NCBI GenBank assembly: GCA_977016875.1
Contig: CDRNST010000064.1
Span: forward strand, 186,001 to 250,000
From: Pavona decussata
Taxonomy: Eukaryota
DNA length: 64,000 nt
Reading direction: 5' to 3'
Within the stretch, counting starts at the first letter, position 1; each line of letters starts with the position of its first letter. Of the stretch, positions 49,001-62,009 are shown one piece after another. The notes under the pieces are model-generated. The model searched no databases. It saw only the letters and a program-made list of their open reading frames with translations, and had not been told where the DNA came from. Both the position numbers and the translations under genes were made by a program.

Positions 49001-52000
49001 TCGCTTATGATTAAGACACCGGAACTCTAATGTTTCTTTTACTGGCAAATTAAGGCTACATCTACATTTCACATGTCATTTCTTTTATTTTCCCCAATTA
49101 GTTTTTTTATTAATTTGTTCTAATTGCTTTCAGACAGAGCCTTAAAATTACAATTTTCAAAGTGGCCAATTTTGTTTTAAATCATCTCTTCAAGTGAAGA
49201 CCGTACCTGATAATATATATTCCGAAATTTCACTCTGCATGCAAACGTCGTCATTAAGACAACATTTAATTTCAATCATTTAAGTTTAAGTGGCTGGCTC
49301 CCTAAGTTCCTCATAACCCAAATTGTTCACAAAACAGGTTTGCCTTAAATATTGCATGTGAATTACACTTTGTCCGGTTACTTTAAAAAAACACAATCTT
49401 CGTTTGAGCCTTAAACGCTTTCTTCCTCTGTTTCCAGTGGGGTGCCTTCGTTTGCAAAAATTGAATCTTTGGTAGCGACAAAAAAATGCAAAGTTTTAAC
49501 AATTTTGATAACTTCTCACAACACGAAAAGACAACACTTCTTATATCATAGAATAAAATCGTGCGACCAGATTGTTTTAAGACCCTGGCGCTGCTTCTAA
49601 ATACTAGCATATCTCTATTATGTAAATTAGAAGCCTCAACCTTTGTATGAACCTCACAACGATGTATGACTTGTAAAACGCTTTCCAAGATAAAAGAAAA
49701 AAAGTGACATAGTTGCACGATACAGTACACTGTAATTTAATTTTGGTACTCACGTAAATAGCTTTATGACTCCTCTCTGAGACTTTAAGGAATATTAGAT
49801 TAGTTGGAATCTGAATGCCACAAGCCAAGTTTGTTTACTCGAGCGCTTCAAAAAAAACATTAGAAGCTCAATACAAACTCCCTTCATTTCGAGATAAAAA
49901 AAATTTTGCCATTGTTCATGGCCGCTTTTTATTTAAAAGTACAAAACTTAAGATAATAACTGACAAATGATGAGGGAAAAATAAGGAATTGAAAGCTGTA
50001 CCAAAGATGATGGCCTCGCTTTGAAATGAGAAAATAATTTTTTATTCGGTTCCAAGGTAGAATTGAACCCGAGCCCTCTTCCCTGGCGGGCATGTAGCAT
50101 AATACGGCGTCACACATGCTTCTCTGCCTTCGCAGTAAATTATTTTTGTATTTAATGATTGTTTCTGGTGCCTGGCTATCTGGCACCCGTGGCGCAACGA
50201 TAAAAAACAGCTAATTAAATGTTGACTTAAAGACGACGTTTACATGCAGGGCGAAATTTCGCAAAAAATATATATTCAGGTAAGGTCTTCACTAGAAGAC
50301 ATGTTTTAAAGTGTTTAACAACCCTTTAGGCTTAATAGCTCCGAGTCAGCGCTTTTATCTTAAAATTAATTCCTAATACCTAATACGATCGTAATGAAAA
50401 ACGACCCCTCATGGTGACTTGAAAAGAAGGTATTAAAACTTTCCATGCATGACGCCATTATAACAACGTCTTCTATAAATTTGTGATTAACAAGTGTAAG
50501 TGTTTTTTAAATTTAACTGCGCTTTTGACGGCGGCAACCTTTTTAGTTTGAAATAGTGCATAGATTTTCACCACTTTTTGCTGAATAGGGTGAGGCTGGT
50601 CTGGAATTTGTTATAGTTTTCACGAGTAAAATGGAGTTGAATGGCCTAACGAAGTCCTACGCACATGCTTGACACATTCATATCGGTTTTTGAACGAATT
50701 TAGCCCCTTGTATGTTTAAAGCGGGTTAACATTATCATTTGGAGAATTTGGACGGTATGTAATCGACAAGAAGGTCGTGTATCAAATAGGTTGGGAAAAA
50801 TCACATATTTTGGTCTGAAATTAGGAAAGAGTTTCAAGAAGCGCACTACCCCCGGTGGCAAGATGTACGTGTAACCATTATTATTTGTCAGCAAAAGACG
50901 CCTGGGTGTCTGTGTCTTAACAATAAGCGAACTGTAATTTAAGGTAAAGAACGTACTCTATTTTAGCTGGTTTGCAGCTATAAAACCCTTTTCCATTTTA
51001 CCGAAAAATTGTTTTTGAAACAGGGATTTCGCGCAAAATGAAAGGAGAAAATACGATGGAGAAACGCCTTAGGGTGATCTGTGTTCATTCGCGTACACTT
51101 CTTTTGCGGCCCAAAGTTAATTTTAATCATTTCAGTTTAAGTGGTTGGCTCCCTAACATCCTCATAACCCGAATCGTTCACAAAATAGGTTTGCTTTAAA
51201 TATTGCATGTGAATTACACTTTGTCCGATTACTTTAAAAAAATACAATTTTCGTTTTAGCCTTAAACGCTTTCTTCCTCTGTTTCCATCGGGGTCCCTTC
51301 GTCGGCAAAAATTGATTTTTTTGTAGTGAAAAAAAAATGCAAAATTTGAAACAATTTTGATAACTTTTCACAACACTAAAAACATTGCTGCAAGGCCAAA
51401 TACTACGATTGGTGGATAGTTATTTTTAAGCACAAGTCTTCATTATATTAAAATATTATTGATATTTTCACATAATGGTTTCAAGTAGTAAAAACAGCAA
51501 CTTTTTCCCAACCAACCTTCACAGCTTTAAAAAATAAATAAATAAAAAATGGTGCACAGCAATGGATGTAAGCCAATAATGAGACATCCTACAGCAATGC
51601 CCTTGTGGTTATGAAAAGACAAAGACTTTTTATCATAAAAAAAAATCGTGCAGCCAGATGGTTTCAAGACCCTGGTGCTTCTTCCGAATACTAGCATTTC
51701 TCAATTATGCAAAATAGGAGCTTCAATCTTTGCATGAACCTCACAAGCAAGTATGACTTGAAAAATGCTCTCCAAGACAAAGAAAAACACCTGACGTAGT
51801 TTCACTATGCAGTACACGGAAATTTAATGTTGGTAATCACGTAAATAGCTTTATGACTCCTCTCTGAAACTGTGAGGATAATAGCTTAGATGGAATCGGA
51901 TTGACAAAAGCCAATCTTGTTTACTTGAGCGCTTCAATAAACGTTAAAAGCGAAACACAAACTCACTTCGCCTTGAGATTAAAAAGTTTAGCCATTGTTC

Positions 52001-52100
52001 AAGGCCGCTTTCTATTTAAAAGTACAAAACGTAAGATAACAACTGACAAATGATGACGGAACAATAAGGAATTCAAAGCTTTACCTAAGATGATGGCCAC
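46090..52100. repeat. Diverged tandem array of ~1.8-kb units (about 3.3 copies), middle unit with an inverted segment
   Basis: GGTGCCTG(A/G)CTAT.TGG(C/T)ACCCGTGGCGCAA recurs at ~46697, ~48288 and ~50167. TTTAAGTGG.TGGCTCCCTA recurs at ~47648, ~49285 and ~51136. 48338-49265 is largely the reverse complement of 46748-47628 and 50219-51116. Confidence 0.85.
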
Positions 52101-53002
52101 AAAAAAGAATACAGGACGCTGCTTTGGTGGGCAGACCCACCCGAAAGGTATCGGCAAGACAACTAAGGGCGATGGAAACATCACGCCTGCATAAAGTTTT
52201 AGCTACATGTATCCTCTAATTGAGTACGGATGCTGGGAGCTTTAATGTAGCGAAGAAAAGGCTACGAATTGGAGAGTCGAAAAACCCTTTGGCAGATGCC
52301 CAGCTAGCAACTCCGATGCAAAAACTATAGGCCTTGTATACTAGAAAAAACTATCTAGGATTAAGCCTCTCCACAAAAAAAACTGCGACTGGAGAGTGTC
52401 CCATCTCGCATATAGGGACTTTAAGATTCAGGAACGCGGGCGTCGCGAAACAGGACCGGAAGTAAAATTATACCTCTGAACTTTACTGCGCATGACCAAA
52501 GTCAGGTGTGCCTCGTTCTTGCTGGCGACGAACCAATATCGTACCCAGAGTCCTCAGGCTCTTTGGCCGGCGGTTGGTCGCCAGGAAAGACTCAAGGGTA
52601 CTGGAATTTTATCTCTGCAGGATTTCTGCGGTAAAACAATAAAATATGAAATATGATAATGAATGAGGAAATCCGGAATCCAGAATATATCCTGGCTTTC
52701 AAACATAGTTAAATAAATGCATTGAGGTTTCAAATTGTGTTGACTCGGGTTTTAACACTTGAACCCTGTCGAGCCGAACCAGTTGATAAGGTCATCATTC
52801 ACTGCTCCTGACGTGCCTGATTAAACTTGTTAAAATATGTAAAATACACAACGTTTTCTGGTTAATAACTGCTGTTTAAAGTATATTCCTTGAAGTACTC
52901 GCCTACAGTTGTCCTCTTTTTTTAATTTTCGCTCACATACATAGCGGTATTGTCTGCAAAAACACCAGCTGGTTTTAGTCTTCCTGTAAACACAACTCAA
53001 TA

Positions 53003-53320
53003 TTATTCAAAATAGACGCCATACACGGTGCCTACGGCGAGGAAACGCTCGCCCTCCAAGCAAGCACTAACTGAAGTATCAAACTTGACGTTCCATAAGC
53101 ACCGGCTGGAGATTCTCAAGCCTTGTGACTCCTTAGAGCCAATAGTAACAATACAGACTACTTTGTAGCGCTCAATATTCAACTGTTTCACGTTTTCAAG
53201 CAGTCGAGAGCTTAGCAACCTTGCCAAAAAAGGTGAACGAGTTGCGCTGTATTGATGAGATTTTAATGTCTCCAATGCATCTTGAAAGCGATATTCGCCT
53301 GGATGTACTGCTCTTAACAC
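53003..53320 (-). pseudogene. Tctex1-type dynein light chain domain, 5' part disrupted (probable pseudogene, or a terminal exon)
   Basis: RYKVVCIVTIG....QGLRISSRCLWN..FD..VS......FLAVGTVYGVYFE* is a clear Tctex-1 family C-terminus. There is no ATG start, two in-frame stops lie just upstream, and the usual N-terminal part of the domain is missing. Confidence 0.75.
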
Positions 53321-53941
53321 CGTCTACTGACACACGGCGTTTTTGTTGACTATCTTGCGAAATTCTTTACTGATTCTCGGTTGTTCCTTATGAGCTTCTC
53401 AGACTTTGGCTTCTACTTCGGGAACCAATCTCGGAAACTTTTCTATTGTTTATCAAAGACCAAAGCAATGTTTTCGCAAGGACAGCTGGTTTTTTAGCCA
53501 CACTGATGCGATTGGGGTGTTTCGTGTTTTCTCACACGATGTTAGTGTTCACTTGAGCGATTCAGTGCTTTTAAGCTGATTTGCTTCTTAAAAGAAGCAA
53601 ATCAGCAGCAATGATACAAATCTTTCCACAAACAATAATTGTTTCCATGGTGCGCATTCACAAATCTCATTTGCGTGACCTGCGATGCAGAGTGAATGAA
53701 AAGGCCAAATCACGCTACACTCTACTCTGCGCTATTTAATATTTTACCCTCCAAGATCTTGCTGGTTTCGCCGATAGCGTCAGTTCTAGGACGCTTTTCA
53801 GTTAAGTCCCACTTTGACAATCTCAAGAATTAGTCAATAAGCGCGCGAGAAACTCGCGAGATCAGTCGTAAAAACAAAGATGAAATAAATAAATAAACAA
53901 AACAGTTTGAAGTGAAATTCACGACAAGGAGTCAGGATTTC

Positions 53942-54114
53942 AATAGGACATTTTCACTATGGCGTCATTTTACTACAACTACCAGAATTAATCCTCCTGG
54001 TTTTTGTTTTCTCATGCTAATTAGAGCTATTGTTCTTTGCCCTTCACTGGGATTACAAAATTTGAATTTGAAAAGGAAAACGAAATGAATTCCGCCTTCA
54101 TGAAAATGTCCTAT
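53942..54114. mobile_element. Short MITE
   Basis: TIR AATAGGACATTTTCA...TGAAAATGTCCTATT. Confidence 0.65.
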
Positions 54115-56428
54115 TTTGGAATGGCTATGCTCCGGGTGGAACGAGTTTCAGTCAAGCAATCTTAGGGACATATCCGTATATGGAAGGCGCCCCTTTGTGT
54201 AAGGAGTCCTTAAATGTCAGGTAACTTTAGGTCGGCGGTGGTTTGTTCCTCAACTCAAAGGTAAGCGTACACAAATTGATATAGTATTGTGTGTGTTCTA
54301 TTCTATTCTACTATGTTACTATACAATACAATAACTCTATTTAAAGAGGGAGTCGTCATATCTAGCTTCCATCCATCCATCTGGGCCGAGTTATTCAAAG
54401 CCCGATTAAGTTAATCTTGGGTTAACGTGAACTTTGATTTGATTATATTTACTAATCTGTAAGGATTAGTCCAAAAGATTTTTGTCCCTCAGTTTTGCCT
54501 TATACTTTTTTTTTACCATTTGATTAAAATGACCCTTTAAAATAATCCTTAATGAGCTAGTTGAAAACCTCGGTTAACCTTTAATCGTGGATTAGCGTTA
54601 ATTGGCTTTCGAACCGGACCGGGCCCTGATCGATATAACGGAAGCTTGAGTTATTTTAGCTTGCACTCATTACTCGCGTGTACATGTTATCAGGTCTTTG
54701 ATCTTGATTTCTCCCAGTTGTTCTTTATAAGCTTTCAAGCATTTTAAGAGCGGCTGACTGAGAATATCGAGAACTCGCGGTCAAAACTGAAATTTCGGAT
54801 TGGTGGGCAGGTGGAAAGAACTCAATAATGGACAAAAAATCACTTCACATTGCCGATTAAAGTCGATAATCACAGGATTTGAAGGACTTGTTATAGATTT
54901 ACATTGTCTCAATGAAACCTTGAGAGACAATGTGAATTTTCATTGAGTTTTGAACCTATTAAAAATTACCATCTCTGTCGACTTTTCACAGTGAAAGTAT
55001 TAAAAGCTGTAAGGCAAATGCTCGCTAAGGTAAATAAAACTCTCAAAAAGCAAATTAAAAAAAAAAACTGCCATTCAATCCAGAAGCGAATGTGAGCAGA
55101 CTATTTTGGGAAAATTGTCAAACAAAGGTTTATAGTTTCGAAATTTCAAGTTCAAATTTCACCTTCAAGTACAGTACTACCGAGGGCTCCAGGTTTTGCA
55201 GAGATATTTATTAAATATTTAAGTGTATGATCATGTAATCCTCCGAATTATGACAACGTTATTTAGATCTGGCATCCATTCTCCTTCGTAAATTCATTCT
55301 ACAGATTTTTCTCTCTGATCCACTAGTTATATACGTTTTATGGCGATTTTTAAATCCATCTGTTCGCTCTCATACATTTCCCCAATGGAGTGCCAAAAAA
55401 ACACTGAACAACAAAGTATGACGAGACACCATCCCTAAAAATCCCTTAGAAACGTACAACTCAAGGCGTAGTTCAATTAGACCTCACCCCCCTCCCCCCA
55501 CCCCCACCCACACGCCAAGGTATGGATGCACGCCAAATAAAAGGGAAAGCCAGACTGTTCATACAGCTTGTAAACTTCAAACATCATCAATTAGTTTGTT
55601 TAGCTGGATGAATTGGAACAATGGCTTACGAATTCTGTATAAATTAAGCAAGTATGACCCCTGACATTTTCTCAATAGCATGAAGGGCTCCTGGTTTCAT
55701 TAAGTCATTTTCATAACACTGGAAATAAAAAAAAATTGGTGCTGAAAAAAAAAATTGGTCTGGCCAGTAAATAATCACACCGTGGGAATTTGTTGGAGGA
55801 ATCTCCATCGTGTACTGTTTTTTTTTTTTTTTTTTCTTTGGACACGAAACTTCACTTTACAACCTGTCTCCTTTCTCAGGTGTATAAATGGGTACACGTC
55901 ACCTGTTGGGGTATCCTCACAATAATGTAGCGGTGTAACCCTGTGATGGGTTATCAGACCACAACGGAGGGGATAGGGGTTTCTACAAAACCGGACCTGT
56001 GCATCGTCCATGATGACCATCTGGCTCACTAAACCTGTTGGATTAATACGGATCTTAAACTATATAGCCTTATGTAAGTTTCTGTGAGAAAAGCTGCCGG
56101 TGACGCCTTGGCGGTTTGAAGGAGACGTCATGGATCACTATCCTAATATTAACCCAAGGGTGAGGGTACTCTAATATATTGAAGGCAACTTGCCTTTTTT
56201 GAACAATTGGGATTGAAAATAAACTTCAGTAAAGTAGCAAACCCTGTCTGTCCACGAGATTATATACGGGAGAGCTTATTTTGGGTAGAATGGTCCCATC
56301 TGAGATTGTGGAAGGGCTCATTTTGGGAGGGTTAAATATACATGATTTCATTGTATCTTAGTTATTATATTTTGCACTTTTTATAAAGTTAGCACACGTT
56401 ATTCAGTCACATAGAATGCCAAGTGTTG

Positions 56429-56557
56429 NNNNNNNNNNNNNNNNNNNNNNNNNNNNNNNNNNNNNNNNNNNNNNNNNNNNNNNNNNNNNNNNNNNNNNNN
56501 NNNNNNNNNNNNNNNNNNNNNNNNNNNNNNNNNNNNNNNNNNNNNNNNNNNNNNNNN
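56429..56557. other. Assembly gap (N run)
   Basis: 129 N bases. Confidence 1.
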
Positions 56558-58617
56558 TCTTATGTTCCAAGGATTTGGATAAACACACGTTAAACTAGTC
56601 TATAAATGCACTCTCCCCCCAAAAATCATCAGTTGTTTTGAGTACAATGATACAAACAATACTAGGAAAACTATACTACCTAACGAAACATAAAACAATT
56701 ACAGACGTCAAATTAGAATAACTAAACGGTTTGAGTTGAAACAGACTACTTGGAATAAGAAGCTATTCTCTACAAGGCTATAAACTACACAAGAACCATT
56801 AAAAACAAGTCAACAAACTTGACCAGCAAAGCAAGAAAATGGACACAGATCTCATAGTGGGATAACTGTGACAACTGGTTGATGTCTGGACGACTTTAGC
56901 ATAGTGTTGTTAGCAGCGAGGTCTGGAACCAAGGTTACATGATACTTATTTAATTGGTTGAAAATAAACATGGCGGCCACGAATTTAAATTTCATACAGA
57001 AGGAACATCTGAAATGTTTCCACGTTTTACTGTTTAATAAGCTGTTGCTCTATTGAAACCGTGCCTCAGTAAATTCCAGATAATGTGGATTGCGTTGGAG
57101 CAATTATGTAACAGCCGAATGTAGTAAGATAAAAGAAAGCTGGCTGCACCCCCTAACTATAAACTATATAAAGTTCTTAGAAACAAATGAATTAACTTGA
57201 AAAATACAGCAACAAATTAATAATAATAAAAAAGGAAGTCTGTATAAATCTTTAATAAATATAAATCTTTAAATATACACCGTACTGTATCTAATTAAAA
57301 CTTATGGACTCGGGACTTATGGAATTATTACTTCTGTCATTGTCTCTGAGACGTGTTTCAACAAAATTATTGTCCCCCAAAAACGCGCGTACAATTCCCT
57401 TTTTTGTAATGCCAAAATTCTACCACTAACCTTCTTATATTACGACGCCGTGTTGAATTTAATCGATGTTCACAATAACAGTACACCATGACAATAAACA
57501 CCATGAAACTGTTTTCGAGACTAAGTGACACCTATGCTTCTCACTCATCAACATCCCAACACGTTTACGTTAAGAACTCTAGACTTGCTTTTTGACTTCT
57601 TGGCATCAAAACCTGGAATAATGATACCCAATGATTTAAAAACTTTATCAAAGAATTCTTTCAATAAAGAATTGAATAGAATAACTTTATTAACGAGTGG
57701 GTGTTTTGTAGCTAAGGGAAGAAGTCCCCTCTACTAATTGTGGGCACCTAAACATTAATAGGTTTCCTAGATTTAAAATCAAATTAGTTGGCTAAGAGCA
57801 CCTAAAATACTAATTAAAGTTTAAAATTTTTGATACATCCTATCATTTCCGCATACAGATATTCTAAACCTAAAACATGAAATTACACTATTCGACAGCA
57901 GGCACCTTAAGTTACAAGCTACAAAAATTTGATAAAAAAAATCTAATACTTAAATTAAAAGTAGTAGTATTTACATGACCGTCATTGTCATATACATGGA
58001 GCTGAGTGAGGACTATGTGGAGCAAAGGGTACAGTTTTTGCAAAGATTGAAAGAAGCTCAGGATTGAGTTAGAGACCCACCCGGTGAATAAATAAATAAT
58101 AAATAAATAAAAATAGAAGCATCGTTAGACATTCTAAACACCAAATTTGTATATCGAGATTGATGCTACAACTCTAAAAGTTAACATCGTAAGATAAGTA
58201 ATATTTCATTGATACATACCGTTTCCTGTAACTCAGTTCTATACTTTTCTTTGTACAACAATCTACACTTATTTTACTATTTTTATGTTGTAAAAATATG
58301 ACATGTATATAATGAAATAATGTAGGTTAAAGTATCACGAACCGAGGGAAACAAGTAGGTGATAGGTTACAGATTTCCCTTGAAAATCATCCAGGCGTTC
58401 AGCAGGTGAGGAGCAAAGTGAACTACCGAGATAGATACGAGAGAGAGAAAGAAAAAAGGAGGGCAGACTGGGGAGAGGACCCCCATCTCTTCACACTCGT
58501 CTTTTTTCTCGTTTGCATTCATATTTTTCGAGCTCCTTTCTTCCATTTGAACGCCCGCATCAGGCTATGAAGTGTCGGCTCAGTAGAGTTATCGAGACCC
58601 TAAAGCTTGCTTTATGA

Positions 58618-58904
58618 TCAATTGTCTACAGAGCAACAAAATTCCTCCGCTAACAATTTGCAGCCGACGAATTCATTGCACAAAGCTTCGTATAAAACCT
58701 GATAGGTAGCCGAGGAACCATTCTTTTGCGACCACTCCAACAGCATTTGATAAGCCATCTCGGCTAATTTGGTACATGGCTTATCAAGTCCTTCTATTAC
58801 TGGTTCATCTATTTCAAGGCATCTCGCTAGAGGCTTCCATTTTTGTTTGCTGATTTTCGAAGAAAGCCCCATGAAGTCCTTCTTTGAAACTTCGCCTGAC
58901 TTAA
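58618..58904 (-). CDS. ROCO-family protein, last coding exon (death domain)
   Basis: gtacag|TTAAG, phase 1. VSKKDFMGLSSKISKQKWKPLARCLEIDEPVIEGLD...EMAYQMLLEWSQKNGSSATYQVLYEALC...LAEEFCC shows the death-fold W..LAR.L, ML..W and AT...L..AL pattern. Confidence 0.92.
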
Positions 58905-59884
58905 CTGTACAATAGAAAGAAGAAAAAGTATATTTGTTTTAAAATAAGTTAAGAAAACACCACAAGAGATTTAAACCATGCAGTTTGTTTTTAATTAATT
59001 CGTTCTAACTTGTAAATTACACAATTCAGCCCTCAGGCGACGATGTAATTTTCATTCATATGAATATTTAAACTCAAGAAAGATACTTTCATTGTTACAA
59101 AGCTAACCTATCACCTATTACTTGCCCCTGACTTGTGGCGTCATTACAAGGCTGATTTACACGAACTGATTTATTGGCCCGATTAGTAGAAACAATCAGG
59201 CACGAGCCACGTGTCTAACTCTTCCTTGATGATTGAAGTTCTAACAAAATATGTTTTGGAAAACAACAACACCTCAATAAATAAAAACATTTTTCAAAAG
59301 CGGCAGAAGTTTAGATTCAGTCTCACCAAAACAATATAATCTCTGTTTTTAGCTGGACTAAGTACTGCATACATTTATCGCCTTAGGCCAGTCAGTGTCC
59401 CACACAGAAACTTCAGGTCTAAGGGCAATACATTTTACAGTTTGCAACGTATTGGTTGCTCTTTAAAAATTTGCTCGGATTTTAATATACAAACATGACG
59501 CTGGCGCTATTGACCTCAACATTATTAAGGATATGCATGCAAACAGAGAGGGACGTAAGTTATAGTCAAAGCAACGACTGAGACATATAATAACAGATAG
59601 GAAGATGGCTGAACTCTAGCTTGTCAGCTAGCCAGCCAGACTAAGGATACAGACAGACAGACAGACAGAAAGACTTATATGAAAACATGCAGGTAGGCAC
59701 AACAAACAAAGACACCAAACAGCAAACAGATAGACAATCAGAGTGAAATACAGATCGAGAGCTGTTTTGTTTAACATGTGTCTGCAGGCGGCCAGGAGTC
59801 CTTCACTGACAACACAGCCATTGATGAGATTGAAGGGACTAATAAACTCCTTTTTCCTATTAATTTTCATGTTACTGGTATTAC

Positions 59885-59968
59885 CTTCATAAGTAGGTTT
59901 GAATCGTTTAGGAGCTTTGCAATCAGAAAACGACGAGCCTTGCCTCTTTAGGTTTCCAGAAGAAGTAC
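59885..59968 (-). CDS. ROCO-family protein, linker exon (may start at 60058 instead)
   Basis: tatgcag|GTACT...TGAAG|gtaata, 84 bp, phase 1-1, TSSGNLKRQGSSFSDCKAPKRFKPTYE. An upstream in-frame acceptor ttctag would give 174 bp. Confidence 0.6.
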
Positions 59969-60603
59969 CTGCATAAGAAGAGTTTATTTTCAGCGTGATC
60001 ACCTTTTGCACCTGCAAAAGCAAATTTCTTTCTGTTTCGGGACGCTTTGCTGATGCTGCTAGAATTGTAAACAAGGCGTGAACTTATGGCATCACGGCAA
60101 ACATAAAATGTGATGTCTCCGGTTCTATAAGGCGTGGAGAGACAATTGGTGAATAACATGTTAATTTTATTGTTTTTTATTTTTTTTTTTTTTTTTAGTT
60201 TTTGAGATGATCGAGCCGAATCGGTCTGCGAACGGTCCACGCGCGCTACATCGCACTGTCACTCTCTAGTTAATTTTGCTTATCAAGAAAGCAGTGCGTA
60301 AACCTCTAATTAGACTAAGGATAAAACAGACTTAGCTTCAAATATATACTGGAGTAATAAATGGAAGAAACTGTTATATCTCATAGCAAGCAGTACAGAA
60401 ATCAGGACTAAACAACACGGATGGGTGGAGGTACGGTCAGACGGACGGACGGACATCATAACCTAACCAAAATTTCTCGCTTCAATGGGTTCCTAAATTT
60501 TCTTACCCATGGTGCTCTGCACGCATGCCTTTGGCGCGCGGAGCTCCGCCTTGAAATGTTGGCGGTACAAGTAATAAACATTAATATTATTGCAGGCACT
60601 CAC

Positions 60604-60637
60604 CAGGGTTACGTGTTGTTTCAAATTTCGTCCAAGC
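60604..60637 (-). CDS. ROCO-family protein, 34-nt exon
   Basis: Poly-T tract, tag|GCTTGG...CCCTG|gtgagt, phase 0 to 1, AWTKFETTRNP. Reconciles the phases of the neighbouring exons. Confidence 0.75.
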
Positions 60638-61771
60638 CTAAAAAAAAAAAAAGAAGAAGAACCCGATAACTGGAGTCAAAGTGAGGTATTTCCTTCTTTT
60701 CAATTACAAAAACGTTGGTTATGAGTTCAGAATGTTCTAGCAGGATGAAAAGGTTTAGATCAGAAAACTCCAGCAGCAGATGCCAAGAAAACATGTTTGA
60801 CTGGGCTCAAATTGTCGGGGTCACCCAACCAGAACATTAAGAAAAATACTTCAAAATGTTGTCTCATGTGTTTTCAGATCGTTCTGCCTCCTTTTAAAGG
60901 CATATTTGTGTAACTCTAATGCAGTTTGATCTCTTCGGATGCTTTAGCGGAAAATTTTCGGGGACAGAATCTTATTCCCAAATTTACGAGCTGTTGTTGG
61001 CTTCAAGACAATGTTAATGTATGGATCTTAGTTCGAATTTTTGAACGACCTATTTCACGCTTCGAAAACGAAAGGTGTTAACTTCAGGGTGAAATTTTGA
61101 ACTGATATTTTGCTGAAGAAAACGCTAGATTTTCCTCTCCACTAAATCAGAAATTCTGAGGCTTTAAAGGCCTTCCCGAAGAGAAATTCGCCGAAATAAA
61201 CCGTTGTGTGTCACTGAAATGTTAAACCAATACTTTTGAAGGCCATTTTCAAGTCGTAACAGGGATGAAAAATCTTTCCCAGCTCAGTTAGCAGGATTCT
61301 GAAACGGCCTCCAAAGGCATTGATTTTGACGCTGATAAACAAATTCGTTATCAAGAACTGGAAATGGAGATGGCAAATCTTTTTGTGGACAATGTAACTA
61401 TGTGTCTGTTACACATTGACGATGATGATTTTCAAAGGAAGAGAAGGCCTAAGCGAAGAATCGTGTCTTTTTCATCTTCAGGTAACCACGCTGAAATTTC
61501 CCATATGAACGGCAGACAATATACGTTCAGCTAACAGGACCAGTCCGGTAACTGGGCTCATATGAAGAGGCATTTAGACATGGTATCAAACGTAAGGTAT
61601 CCCCAGTGTCATTGTTTATTAAATGCAGCATGTTTCCGCCAGCAGTAATTGCTTGAATTGAGCTTATAGAAACAAATTTCAAACATGTAAACTATTGAAT
61701 AAATATCGGTGGATAACAAGACAACAACAACAACAACTGGACAACTCATTAAAGTCAAACCGCACACTTAC

Positions 61772-62009
61772 CTCAATCCACGGCTTCAGTGGCTCTTTTT
61801 GTAATGGGAGGCCGGGTTTACAGCACAGTTTAGACTTCAAAGAAATGTAGTGGGCACAGTCAGGATGAGGACATTTTGTCTGTTCATGCTTGATGCAGGG
61901 CCTCGTTTCCTCCCCTAAACAAACTGTGCACTGAGCACACACCTCCACCTCCATCCACTGCAGCCACGGACAATCCTTTTTAAGTGTTTCCAGGGACTCA
62001 ATTAAATGT
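61772..62009 (-). CDS. ROCO-family protein, end of COR plus Cys/His-rich segment
   Basis: ctctag|ACAT...TTGAG|gtaagt, phase 2 to 0. HLIESLETLKKDCPWLQWMEVEVCAQCTVC...CIKHEQTKCPHPDCAHYISL...CCKPG...KPWIE. Confidence 0.88.

Noticed and set aside
46446-50186. Three similar minus-strand ORFs (RHQKQSLNTKIT...) as a small gene family
   Set aside because: They come from the 1.8-kb array. Reading frames are not preserved between copies and no domain is recognisable.
56403-56598. ORFs spanning the N run
   Set aside because: Assembly-gap artefacts.
57300-57710. LINE 3'-end fragment (IPNDLKTLSKNSFNKEL)
   Set aside because: Suggestive but too decayed to delimit or classify by eye.
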